A stretch of 64,000 bases of DNA from the human T2T-CHM13v2.0 reference genome, Homo sapiens. The stretch's first letter is position 1; every line of letters begins with the position of its first letter. A program made the translations under genes and the position numbers. The stretch is from NCBI RefSeq assembly GCF_009914755.1, contig NC_060926.1; one strand, written 5' to 3'. The notes below the pieces were generated by a model, which was not told where the DNA came from, did no database searches, and saw nothing but the letters and a program-made list of their open reading frames with translations. This document shows, in pieces, positions 15,701 to 29,375 of this stretch.

Positions 15701-16325
15701 AATTATAATGTTTCCTTTTCCATTTCTGATTTTGTGCCCACTTTAGTTTAGCTAAAGGTTTTCAATTTTGTTTATCTTTTCAAAAACCAATCAATCATTT
15801 TGAGAATCTTTTGTATTTTTTTCTAGTGTCTATTTCACATATTTCTGCTCTGATCTTTATTATTTCTTTCCTTCTGCTTATGTACGTTTGGTTTGTTCTT
15901 TTTCCAGTTCCTTGAGGTGTAACATTACGTTATTTATTTGAGATCTTCTTTTTCGATGGGTCCATGTATTCCTAAAGACTTTTCTCTTAGAGCTGCTTTT
16001 GCTGTATTTCATAGGTTTGGTATGCTGTGTTTCCATTTTCGATTGTTGCAAATATTTTAATTTTTCTTTTAATTTGTTCACTGACCAACTGGTTGTTCAG
16101 GAGCACATTGTTTAATTTCTGGATATTTATGAATTTTCTGAAATTCCTCCTGATTGATTTCTAGTTTCAAACTGAAAATATATTTGATATAATTTCTATC
16201 TTTCTTAATTTTACTGAGGCTTGTTTTGTTTTCTAACATATGATCTATCCTGGAGAATATTCCATATGCAATTGAGAAAAATGTGCATTCTGTTGTTGGA
16301 TTGAATATTCTGTATATATCTACAA
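12744..16325 (-). mobile_element. L1MA (about MA6/7), 5'-truncated, antisense
   Basis: 3' UTR attaaatcaagctagttaacatattcatcac; minus-strand ORF2 fragments [58 protein letters not shown]. Confidence 0.9.
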
Positions 16326-17309
16326 GTCTTTTTAGAGTTAGATTACTACCTTTCTCTGTTCTCATCTTAACATCATCGTGATGGACATTTTATTTCATGA
16401 TCAATGTATTTCTCTCATCAATAATTTTTAATCAGTACTTCTTACCAATATAATTAATTCTTAATTTTTATGCACTGTATCACATATTTGAGATGATTAC
16501 TAAGTATGTGTTAGAAAAAGGTTAGAGATAACTCTCTTATAAACTATTAATGGAAAATGGATTTCATAACTTTGCTTTCTTGCATCACAACTTACTTAGA
16601 AAATATATATTTTCTGGTTGTCAGCTCCTATGTGATAATTGTGCAATGCCACATAATTATAATCTCCAAGACAGTTTCTAACTCTATTTCATATACTTCA
16701 GAAAATCATGCTAAGCATCTAGCAATCATCACTGAAAATATTTAATAAGACCCTGTAGGAATTTACTTAGATGCATTCATTATGTGTAACAAAACAAAAA
16801 TACTTATTACTCTGAATTAAATGTTGCTTTCTACATGCATTTTTACTGAATGTAATTTTTCAAATCAATTTATTTTAATGACTTTGAATAACCTATTACT
16901 GGCTTATGGACAATCATAAGCAAGTAAGTCAGAAATATGAGATTGTTATTACATTTGACATGTGACTCTGTTTGGGGCACTTTTAATAAAAGAAACTCAC
17001 CTGCATTTTTATGCCTGTGCTGACATTCAATAGTGCCAATTAAATGGGCTGCCTATGCTAAAGCTTATGAATATTATCATAACATTAAATGGTAAAAATA
17101 TGAATGATTATATGAAATAACTCTCTATGGTCAGAGTAATAATAATGACAACTAGACTTTTCCAATTAAAAATAATAATTCATTGTTCAAAGTAATTAGA
17201 TGAAATCGGACTAAGTCTGGAAGTGATAAAATGTGATATCTCACAACAGCCATCTAAAAGGCTAGTAAAAAATTCAATACGAGAGATAGACAACTTAACA
17301 AAATTTAAA

Positions 17310-17500
17310 GAAAGAACTTAGAGCCAAAAGCACTAATCAATTGACCTCAGACAAGTCACTTAACCTCTCTGAGTCTGATATTTCACATGTAAATGAGCTA
17401 ACAACGACAACCTTCTAAGATAATATCTATGAGATAATTATACACTAGTGTGTGTGCACAAATGTAAACGTTCTCATATACTTAAAAGTTATTATAATGC
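17310..17500 (+). mobile_element. MIR
   Basis: gacctcagacaagtcacttaacctctctgagtct MIR core. Confidence 0.7.
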
Positions 17501-17589
17501 TCACCTTTCCATGGTAAATTTGCCTGCAAGATGAACTAGTCAACCTTTTACTACTGACTTGTTCTAAAATATTGAAGTATCTGATACAA

Positions 17590-17888
17590 GCTGAATATCA
17601 CCTTCAAGGTGGGTCTATTCTGATCATTCTATTTTAAACAGCAACTCAATAAATGTATCCCATACCTCACACTCACAATGTACTTTGCTTTGCTTTGCTT
17701 TTTTATTCCATAGCACTTATTAGCATGCATCCATTTTTCTACATTTCATTTTTCTTTTCTCCTTCCTTCATTACAGTGTAAGTTCTGAATGATGAATGCA
17801 AAAACAATTGCCTATATTATGCAGACTTGGGAATAATATTTGCCACACAGTAGGCACTCAGCAAGTGTTTGTTAAATAAATGAATTAA
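17590..17888 (+). mobile_element. L2a 3' end
   Basis: ccatagcacttatt...cacacagtaggcactcagcaagtgtttgttaaataaatgaat. Confidence 0.65.
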
Positions 17889-18289
17889 TAAACTTTATAC
17901 TTGGACTCTTAAACGTCTTTATTCCCCTACTTTGCTCCAAAGAGTTACTTATAAAAGCCTCTAAAAGTAACCTCTCATTCCAGTTGCATGAAGTCCTATT
18001 GAACCAAAGGACATTCCTCTAAGGCTAGTTTATTTGTCTATTCCTTCCCATTCTTTCCATGTCTAATTTTAGTAAAGTTGGTAAGTCAGTTATTATATAT
18101 CATTTCATTCTACTTTCCAAGAAAACAAACAGATGTTTTATCTAATCCTGTGGGAGTGATTTTGTGAATCAATGACTGATTTCTTTTTCTTAGAACTTTT
18201 TGTTGTAACAGAGAAATAGGTGGTCATAATGTCTGTTGAATTTAACAAGTACAAATCATGGAATAAAAATAGAGTAATTTAAATTATAG

Positions 18290-19757
<1,468 letters not shown>

Positions 19758-20856
19758 GAGATGGCTATTTTAGAGGATTTGAGGTAATATAAATTGGCAT
19801 AGAAGAGTTCCTGGGACAAAAATTTTAGTCTGTAAGTCATTTTGTGGGAGCTATTCAATGATAATGATAACATTAAAATAAGTTTATTCTGGGAATGTAA
19901 AAGTCTCTAGGTATAAAACAGATTGACTATAGACTATGATAGCTTTGGAGTGGCAATGAGCAAAAAAATATAGTCAGTTCCAAGCATATATTAACCACAA
20001 GTCAGTACTAAGCCTTCAAAATGCATCTGAAGACAGAAAAATCCTCAAACTTCCAAGGGTCTTCCAAAATCTTAATTGTCTCTGAAAGTAGGCCCAAAAG
20101 ATGTTCTTAAAAACTATACATATGTACCCTCAGGATCTCTCTTCAGGCAGGTAAAAATATTTAAATAAAATGAAAATACATTTTTAATTAAAAAAATAAC
20201 ACAAGTAATACAAGAAAAAAACAATTACAAAGAGAACCAAAGTTCCGGCACTTAGCCTAGTCTTATATTAGAAATTGATTCAGATTACACTTTAAATAAT
20301 TGTCTCAGAATATGACTAGTTTTTATTAAAAATTATTGAGTTAATTAATATGAATATTAATATAACAACTAAACTTAAAATTTATTTTAAATTAGATTAG
20401 TGCCTATCTTTTCTAAATGTTTCAATGTAAATACATATATTGTGATTGGGCAGCCAGAAGCTAGAATTCTAACTCAACTCGTTGGCAATAAGAAAGATCT
20501 GATACTCTGCATAGTGAAATATGATACCAGCAACTCAAGATTTTGTTAAAGATTTCAAAAATCCATGTTTTTTCTATTGTTCTCCTTAGCCACTCTCACA
20601 GTGTTTTCTCTGCTAGTTTTCTTCATGGCCATAGAAAAGCTTCCACATCCCCAAGTAGATTAGACAGCATACAGAAAATAAGACAGTTCTATATATTCCT
20701 TTATGTCCCTTACTAAGAGTTAGGAAATAATGCTTGGAAACCAGTCATTGCACATCACCTCATATCTTGTTCAGAGAAGTGTCATATGCCTATTCAAAAT
20801 ACAATTCTTGGCAAAGGGAATCAGGTTATATTTACATTAAGTATGGGGTCATACTA

Positions 20857-21430
20857 TGTCTTTCAATAGTTGAATGTATAGTTAAATGGGGGTACATCCA
20901 GACAACTGAACATTATTCATCACTACCAAGAAAAGAACAATTTAGCCATAAAAAATACAGGGAGAAATCTTAATGACGTATTATTAAGTGAAAGAGGCCT
21001 ATCTGAAAAGGGCCTCTTTCATACATACTGCACAAGACAGTCTGATAAAGATGCTAGGGACAAGGTAAAAAGATCAATGGTTGCCAGGGGTCAAGGGAAG
21101 GAGAAGTGAGTAGGCAGAGTTTAGAGGATTTTTAGGGTAGTGAAACTACTCTGTAGGATACTATAATACATGTCATTACACATTCACCAAAATCCACAGG
21201 AAGGACAACACCAAGGAGTGAACCTTAAACTATGGTCTTTGGGTAATAATAATGTGTCAATATAGGTTCATTGATTGCAACAAATGTACCACTCTGGCGC
21301 AGGATATTGATAGTGAGGGAGGGGAGCTGTGCATGTCTGAGGTTAATGGGTATACAGGATCTTTTGTACTTTCTGTTCAGTTTTGCTGTGAACCTAAAAC
21401 TGCCCTAAAGAATGTACTGTTGTTTTAAAA
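20857..21430 (+). mobile_element. L1MC1/2 3' end
   Basis: ggatttttagggtagtgaaactactctgtaggatactata...gttttgctgtgaacctaaaactgccctaaag. Confidence 0.8.
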
Positions 21431-23317
21431 AGCAAGTTGCACAGAGATATTTTAAAAATAAACTCTACAGACAGAGAACTACAATTTCAAATCATAAAGA
21501 GGAAGTCCGATCATGTAATACTTTGGGTAAATAAGTCAAAATCATCATTTAAATTGATACAGAAAGTGAGACCTTAAAATGCTGATTAAAAAAATTATTT
21601 TCCAAGTCGAATTATCAGTAGATGTTTTCTGCTTTTTAAAAATATAGGCATCATAGTAAGTTCATCAACACTGGTTCCAATAGATTTGATCTTTCTTTTT
21701 CTCTTGTTCCTAAGAGGCTTGAAGTCTTTATATAAATTGGTTTTGTAAAATTTGGAAAGCTAATTCCTTTTGTATTGACTCTCAATGAACCTATTGTTGA
21801 AACCTGCAGATTCTGAAGAGTGTGCCCTTTTCTTTGCATGATGCATAACACTTCATTATTTCACCATATCAGATTTTTCTCATAAAGAGATAATTAATGA
21901 ACAATGATATATGATTATACCAAATAATTCTAGATTTAAAAATTAAGAAAAATGACTAATAACTTAATTCCATGAAGTTGAATACATACAACATATTTAG
22001 TTAGTGAGACATTTATCTGACGTCTTGGAGGACAGGGCACTGTACTAGGGGCCGTTTGACAATGTAAGATGAAGAAAAGGTGTAAGCATCAGGAAACCGC
22101 ACATATAAGGAAATAACATTTAGAAAATTTACTAACAACACTGTGCCTGTTCTTTAGCCACTAACAATTTAGAAAAAAAAGGTAGGAGGGGCTTTATATT
22201 TTTCATCTGTTTTTGACCACATGACAAGTATTGCTTTTTGTCTGCAGATATGTAATAAAGGGAAGCAAAAGGGGAAAGGGAACAATTTCAAAAGGATAAT
22301 AAAAGACAAAATCAGTAATTGTTTATACAACTTTGGTAGATAAAGGGTTATGTATTTAGATTACTATTTATATCATCATGGTTAAAACTATTTGGATGTA
22401 AATATATAAATCAAGGCTAGTCATTAAATTACAGCAAACCCTCAGTGATACTTAGGATTTTTCATCACCTGGAACTAGAGAAAACCAATAAAGGATATTC
22501 ATAACCAATGTGGAGAGATACCTTGCAATTTCTGTGATCCTTGCTAGCTAATATGTTGTAGCCATGCATAAAAATTACAAATTGGCCTTTGACCAAAACT
22601 GGGACTTAGTAAGCTTATTTTTGTTATAGTCTTAAGAAATCTTTTCTTTAATCTTTGTGAAATTATTTTTATTGCTGTATTTTCCATCACATCTAGTCAA
22701 ATTATTTTGCTTGTAATATTATTTATCATTCTTTGCTACATCTTTTCCTATTATTTTTACTAAGTAAATTTGTTTCTCCTCAAAAGCTCAACAGAAATTA
22801 TATTTATTTTCCATTTTTATTCTGATGTATCAAAATGCATTTTATATGTTTATAGTGATGATTCTGGGTTTCACACTTGAGTAATATTTCTGAATATTTA
22901 AGTATGTATTTATATAACATTTTAAAATGTGACATTAAATTAAAAACAATCCATGAGACATTTAATGGAATACTTCAACTAATATGCATACTAATGTAAA
23001 TTGTAAACATTAAATTTAAATATAAAATTATTTATAGCAAAAAATAAGAAATAATATAAATCAATTTTCTCAGGGCTGAATAACCTTATTCTGAAAGAAT
23101 AAACTTGTTTCCACAATATATAATTGACAATAAAGTATAGTATGTATACCTGAATACCATAAAAATGTACAATTACTTCAAAACAAATTTAAAAACTGGG
23201 AGTAGAAACATTGAAAACAGAATTTATTTATGGTGATTTACTTGTAATTATAATATTTATTACTGTATATTCATGGTTTTATATGGATATAACCAGGATT
23301 ATTTATGTTAACCATGA

Positions 23318-23667
<350 letters not shown>

Positions 23668-23789
23668 TACGTTCTTTTAAAAATACATACATACAAAAGA
23701 ACAGGAAAATACTGTGTAAACCTCTCAGAAAGAATAACTACTACTATAGAGTAAATTTAATGTATTTCTTTTTGTATAGCTATTATTTT

Positions 23790-24380
23790 TGGTGCATTTG
23801 AAAGTAAATTTCAGATACCCAAATATTTGTAAATAATTTAGCACACATCTCCAATAAATAGGGATATTACATATTCTAAAAGAACATATCAAAAGAAAAC
23901 ATCAAAAATATTAACTTAATTCATAATATGTTTTAATTCATTCTATATTCAGAATTCTCTAATTCTTACCCAAATTTCCCTCATAGCTATTTTTGGTAAA
24001 CCAAGATGAAATCCACTTTCAAGAATTATATTTGTTATTGTATTCTGGTCTTTCTGCATTTGAGATTAGCCCTTGCATGTACACACCCACACAAACTTTT
24101 TGTTTATTTGTTTTGTAAGGCCATCGTTTTTTGAAGGCTACAATCTATTATTTTTCTGATTGTTTACACATAGTATTGTTTACACATAGTATTGTTTACA
24201 CATAGTATTGTTTAATATGTTCCTCTATCAGGTAACTTGAACTAGAATTTTGGTATAAAATCTTGCTTTGATTCAAGATAAATATTTTTTGTATGACTAC
24301 TTCATCAGTGATGTGGAATAGTCCATATTGCATCAAATCAGGAGGCACAGTGTCAATCATATATTATCTGTTATGATTTG
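23790..24380 (-). mobile_element. L1MC4/5-like 3' UTR relic
   Basis: catattgcatcaaatcaggaggcacag and aaccaagatgaaatcc motifs; very diverged. Confidence 0.55.
24159..24214 (+). repeat. 16-bp tandem repeat x3.5 (attgtttacacatagt)
   Basis: Three identical units plus a partial unit read directly. Confidence 0.95.
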
Positions 24381-24422
24381 TTAAACACATTAAATAATAT
24401 TGAGAACACTATAGTATGTGTG

Positions 24423-24922
24423 TGTCAGGTGAGATACAATGAGGAAGTGAAACCAAAATACATTAAAAAAAAAAAGAAGTTTATTATTCCCAGGTCCAGA
24501 GTGGGTACAGGTGTTGACAGGAGGCCAATGGGAAGTCTGGAGACAAGAGTGTACTTGACCAGTGTGTAGAGAGAGGGATAGAGAGCAAGAACCAGTGAGA
24601 CGTCTTTATTATAATCCACAGGTACTATTCTTTAGGCTTTCCCATGGGGCTGTGGATAGGCTAGCTTAAAGAAAACACATGAAGGGACGTCTTATTCACA
24701 TGACTGGTGTTGATCATTAGTTTTCACTGTGGCCAGCAGCTGTGGCATGTGTTGAATTTGGGGTCAGTGAGATGGGGAACAACAGGGCTATATCACACAT
24801 AACCACTAAAGGAGGGAAAATTTTAATAAAACCAAAGGTGACAGGGCATGACTGGTCACCTTGACCATGACAAGCCAAAACTGGATGCTGAAGCAGCAAC
24901 TATATTAGACAAATTTATGACA
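24423..24922 (-). mobile_element. ERVL-class solo LTR (MER73/MER74/MER54-like; subfamily uncertain)
   Basis: TG...CA ends tgtcaggtgagatacaatgagg and tttatgaca; tttatt (AATAAA on minus) near 24480; no clear TSD. Confidence 0.6.
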
Positions 24923-25574
24923 CAAAATAATGTTCATCCCTATGCCTAGAGTTTGATTGTTTTACACTTATTACCTTCTGAAATAAAAAACAGTCCCTAA
25001 AACATTAAATCTCTGCTAGATGTTCCTTGATTCCTCCACAGTTGTCTCCAATGTGCTTGGATATAATGCTCTGCTTTTGTTTCAGGTTTTCAAACTTCAG
25101 ATCTTACATAATGTCTATGTTCTGAAAGTTACTGCGAAGAGCTACTTTGCTATCACCACTCCTACCCTCTGTGAAGGGGTGAACAGCTACCCACCCAGGT
25201 GTACCCATAACCATAACAGTTTCAGGTTACCACACTATACTTTAGTTCTCACTGCACTAACAAACCATGCCGCAGTGGCATAATGACCAAAGAAAATGTT
25301 CCACTCCCAGATTCTGTGTGGCTTGGTCACTGAAGTCATGCTGCTTATACATAAATCTCCAAGTGTTTTCAGGCATCTGTCTACTTTCATCCTCCCCATT
25401 AGACCAAGTTACTGGAACTAGGAAAGCAAATAAATAGCACTTCCCTGTGTTTTCTGGTCTTTCCTATCTTTCTAGTATGTGCTTCCTTCATCCAACATTC
25501 TCTCACATGTCATCACAATACCTCTTGTGAATAAATGCCTAGAGTGTCACCAGCCTCATAGTCAGTTTCAGTTC

Positions 25575-25805
25575 ATCATGCTGGTTGGAGTCAGATTGAT
25601 CTAGATTCAAAATTGAGCTAAGCCACTTACTATAATCTTGGACAAGTTCCTTAACTTTTCTGAGTTTCAGTTCCTTATCTCAAGAAAAATGGAAATATCA
25701 TTACATATACCACAGAATTTTGGGGGCTTAATACAAACAATGCACATAAATCATTTAGCTCAGTACCAGGCACATGAAATGTGTCAGTAAATATTACTAA
25801 TTATT
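25575..25805 (+). mobile_element. MIR
   Basis: ggagtcagattgatctagattcaaa...ggacaagttccttaacttttctgagtttcagttcc. Confidence 0.75.
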
Positions 25806-27562
25806 TATTGTGACATAAAAACCATTACCCACCCATGTAATTTCTTCCAGTGATTTCTTAATTCCTCCAAAATTATTTGACATATCATTAGGTACAATAC
25901 TCTGTTTTTGCTTTTTTTTTTTTTTAACGTTCCAGATACCACATAATGTCTAATTCTGAGGAAATTAAACTGCAGCTAGAACTAAAGAAAATGCTCAATT
26001 TCCTAAAAGCCAAACACTTGGTGGTATGTTATTTCTAGCCTCATTTAAGAAGAAAGACCTATGCAATTCAGCATAATATTATAGATATACTTTTGTCGCT
26101 TCCAGCAAAGTCTCAAAGTTGTCAATCATGGCCTCGTACATCAGTAAGACAGCTCTCCAGAGACATTACACAAGGCAAATCTTTTAATATTTTATCAGCT
26201 GCTGTTGATAGGAGGCAATTCAGCTTAGTGAGTCTTTTTATTACTTCCTTTCATTTATTCTTGAGAAGCTTTTATCTCTGTTTATTGATTGCCACCTTTT
26301 AAATTTTTATTTAACATCACTAAGCATAGAAATATGATTAATACATTTGATTAAAATTGTTAGTAGAAAATTACTTTAAATGAGCTTTCACAAATTTAAT
26401 GTACTAATTTTCTCATAGACTTTTTTGCGTATATCTGTATCCACTCCTTTGTTATGGTAGTTCTCTGAAGACTGATACTCAAGTGAAGGAGAAAGTAGAA
26501 TTGTAACTAAAGAGAAGCTCCACATCGAGGGGAAAATTCTTTTTTAGGCTATTTTTAGTAGAGCAATACACAAGGGGACACATGCCAAGGATCAATCATA
26601 AACCTCAAAAAAAAAGAAAATAACATTTACAAATATATAGAGAGATAATATTTATTCTCAAAATGACTTAGCTTTGCTTGTACTTCTTCCTGCTAGTATG
26701 GAACCCCAAATAACATCCAATTGTCGCAAGAGAAATTTGCTAAGCAGGCGGAAATATGATTCAAGAGCCTCTTTTAGCTTACAGCCAGAAACTTGCTGAT
26801 TTCAATCTTTCCCATATTAGCAGCTGCAAAAGGAGCAAAGTGAGAGAGAGTTAGCAGAGCTAACAAAAATTCATTAGACTCAATAAATTTATAAAACTTA
26901 TTAAGACGTGATTGCTGAGGTATCATGGTGCATCTCGAAAGGCTGCTGCATTAGCAAGCTTTACTATGGGTGCTCTCCTCAGCCCCTTTAATCTTATGCT
27001 GACCAGTTGTGTTTCTGAGACTAGCTGGGGTGAGGTGAAGGATCTGCTTTATGTTGTTGTTGTTATTATTATATAATTACCAGATAATTCTGTCAAGTAT
27101 ATGAAATTGGGAAACTTTGAACTAATCCTGACAAGGATGGTTGCTCACAGAACCTCAGAGAAAATGTTTTAAAGGTCAGCTCTACTATAAGGTTTTGGGG
27201 AAAAAAGAACCCTTGCTAACTTGCTTTTTCCACACATCCTTCATGTTCATAGTGGCAATGTCCACAAAGCCAAAGTGGTGGTATGAACCGAGGGAAAAGG
27301 CGTCCAAAGAGGCCACGACTTGCTTTCAAACTCCACTTAAGCCAATGGAGCAAAAAAAAAGAGTTTAAACTCATAATTTCTCCAAGGTAGCTAACTAATG
27401 TAAAATAATTCATTTTCTAGAAATGTCTTCTTTGCCCATAGCCCTTGTGAACTTTTTGAATCAGAAGCTGCCTAAATGAGCCAGGAAATAGAGGTCCTGG
27501 TGAAATCTTACTCATATTAGGAGACTCCATGAACATACATGAAATAGTGGCGTATTACTAGA

Positions 27563-27740
27563 ACTGTTCTCAAACTCTCAACCTTGGCTGCACATTAGAA
27601 TCACCTGGGAAGTTTCCATAAAGTCTTAATGCCCAGACCATCCCCCAAACCAACTAAATCAAAATCTCTGGGGGTAGACTGAGACATTCACTTTCTTAAG
27701 CTCCCTCAGGTACATAAAATATGGAGCCAAAATTGAGAAC
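27563..27740. mobile_element. MER5A (hAT-Charlie)
   Basis: ctcaaccttggctgcacattagaatcacctgggaag...gagccaaaattgagaac. Confidence 0.8.
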
Positions 27741-27822
27741 AAAATTGAGACGATATGTCCTGTACTTCAGCCAGGATTGATCTATTTTTTCAGTCCTTTA
27801 AAACCTATAAATGCATGCACAC

Positions 27823-28264
27823 TCTCAACCTAAATAACAAACAGAGAGAGGCTCTCTAAAAGAAAATGACATTTGTTCGGGAATAGGGCATTGCAAAGGG
27901 GAACATGCATGCCATAGTAAACTATGTGAGTACTCAGGGAAGTAAAGGAAAACAAACATTTTTAAAGGAAAAAATGAGGAGAATTACAAAATTGTTTTGA
28001 GATAATTACCCTTTACTACAAGGACCAATAATAAGGGTGACACAATTCTGAGGTTTAACAGGCAATTGCCAGGTAAATATCCTCACAGACGGACTTTTAG
28101 TGTAATGTTTTAATGGCCTTTGGGCAAGGTTATAGTTTTTGCAGTCTTTTGTCATAGTTTTTGTTATCAGGCATTTACACATCTTATGGTTTTCTCTAAC
28201 TCTATTTGTCAAGTTTTTTTTTTTTTTCACAAGTTACTCCATTTTGATTCTGACAACTTTCACA
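27823..28264 (-). mobile_element. MER65 solo LTR (ERV1)
   Basis: Minus strand begins tgtgaaagttgtcagaatcaaaatggag and ends tttaggttgaga; imperfect 4-bp TSD acac / atac. Confidence 0.85.
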
Positions 28265-28267
28265 ATA

Positions 28268-28590
28268 CAATCATGCACACATAATGATGTTTTGGTCAAC
28301 AATGAACTGCATATACAATGGTGTCATAAGACTATAATACCATATTTTTCTGTACCTTTTCTATGTTTAGATACACAAATACAATTGTGTTAAAATGGCC
28401 TGCAGTATTTAGTACAGCAATATGCTGTACAGGTTTGTAGCTTAGGAGCAAGACTATACCCTATAGTCTAGGTGTGTAGTAGGCTACACCATCTAGTTTT
28501 GTGTAAGCACACTCTGTGATGTTCACACTAACAAAATTGCCTAACGACATTTCTTAGAGCATATCCCTATTGTTAAGTGATACATGACTG
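28268..28590 (-). mobile_element. Tigger3a (MER7A) non-autonomous TcMar element
   Basis: TIRs caatcatgca...tacatgactg; internal ctaggtgtgtagtaggctacaccatctag; TA on the left flank. Confidence 0.85.
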
Positions 28591-28720
28591 CAAACAAAAA
28601 TTTATTAGTGTGGTCAACTATTTACTACTCGAAGGGTAAAAATAATTTACATGTAACACTTGTATGTGCTAGACACATGATGCATTTGCCCACATGGCGC
28701 AGAGAAATAAGTGCATCTAT

Positions 28721-28782
28721 CTACCAGATTTTGATTTAATATAATTCTTCACTACCAGATTTTGATTTAATATAACTCTTTA
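28721..28782 (+). repeat. 31-bp tandem duplication
   Basis: ctaccagattttgatttaatataa(t/c)tctt(c/t)a twice. Confidence 0.9.
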
Positions 28783-28789
28783 CTAAAGT

Positions 28790-29375
28790 AATTGGACCTC
28801 CTTGGAGAAATAGCTGACTGGGGCAGAGAAAGTAGGAAGTAGGTCTGGAAAATATTATTGTGCCAGAAAAATAATAAAGCACTTGAAGAATGATGGAGAT
28901 ATATCAAAAAGACAGAAAAGCTTGCTTGACAAGTGTTCCTTTGGCCAAATAGGGAACAATGTTGGCATTATAATAAATAAATTTACTGATCTAAACAAAT
29001 AAATGAATATATTAAAAGTTTAGTAAAGAATAGAATGTTTACACAGTCTCAAAGTATCTCTCCACAAAATTCTTATTTATTACAAATGTAAAATGAATAG
29101 TTAGTTTTACAGTGAATTCTGACAGATATGCCTTTAACATAATCAAAACTAAGATCATAATAATGTGACAAATCAAAATCATATGCTTGCTCATAGAAAC
29201 ATAGCCTCACTTCTGTGATATTCCTTCCAAATGTGCATAACTAGAATTTAATCAATACGAAATATCAGACAAACTCAAATTCAGGAATAGTCTATAAAAT
29301 AACAGGCCTGTTTATTCAGAAGCATCAAAGTTATGAAAGTTAAGGAAAGTGACACTACCCAGAACTTTCCAGACT
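28790..29375 (+). mobile_element. L1MC3/4-like 3' region
   Basis: ctccttggagaaatagctgact...tggccaaatagggaacaat...gacaaactcaaattcaggaatagtcta. Confidence 0.6.

Noticed and set aside
20450-20825. Possible very old MLT1J/K-like LTR (similar hint at 9640-10375)
   Set aside because: Too diverged to call or bound by eye
24159-24214. Short direct repeats as a CRISPR-like array
   Set aside because: Units are contiguous with no spacers, and the DNA is primate
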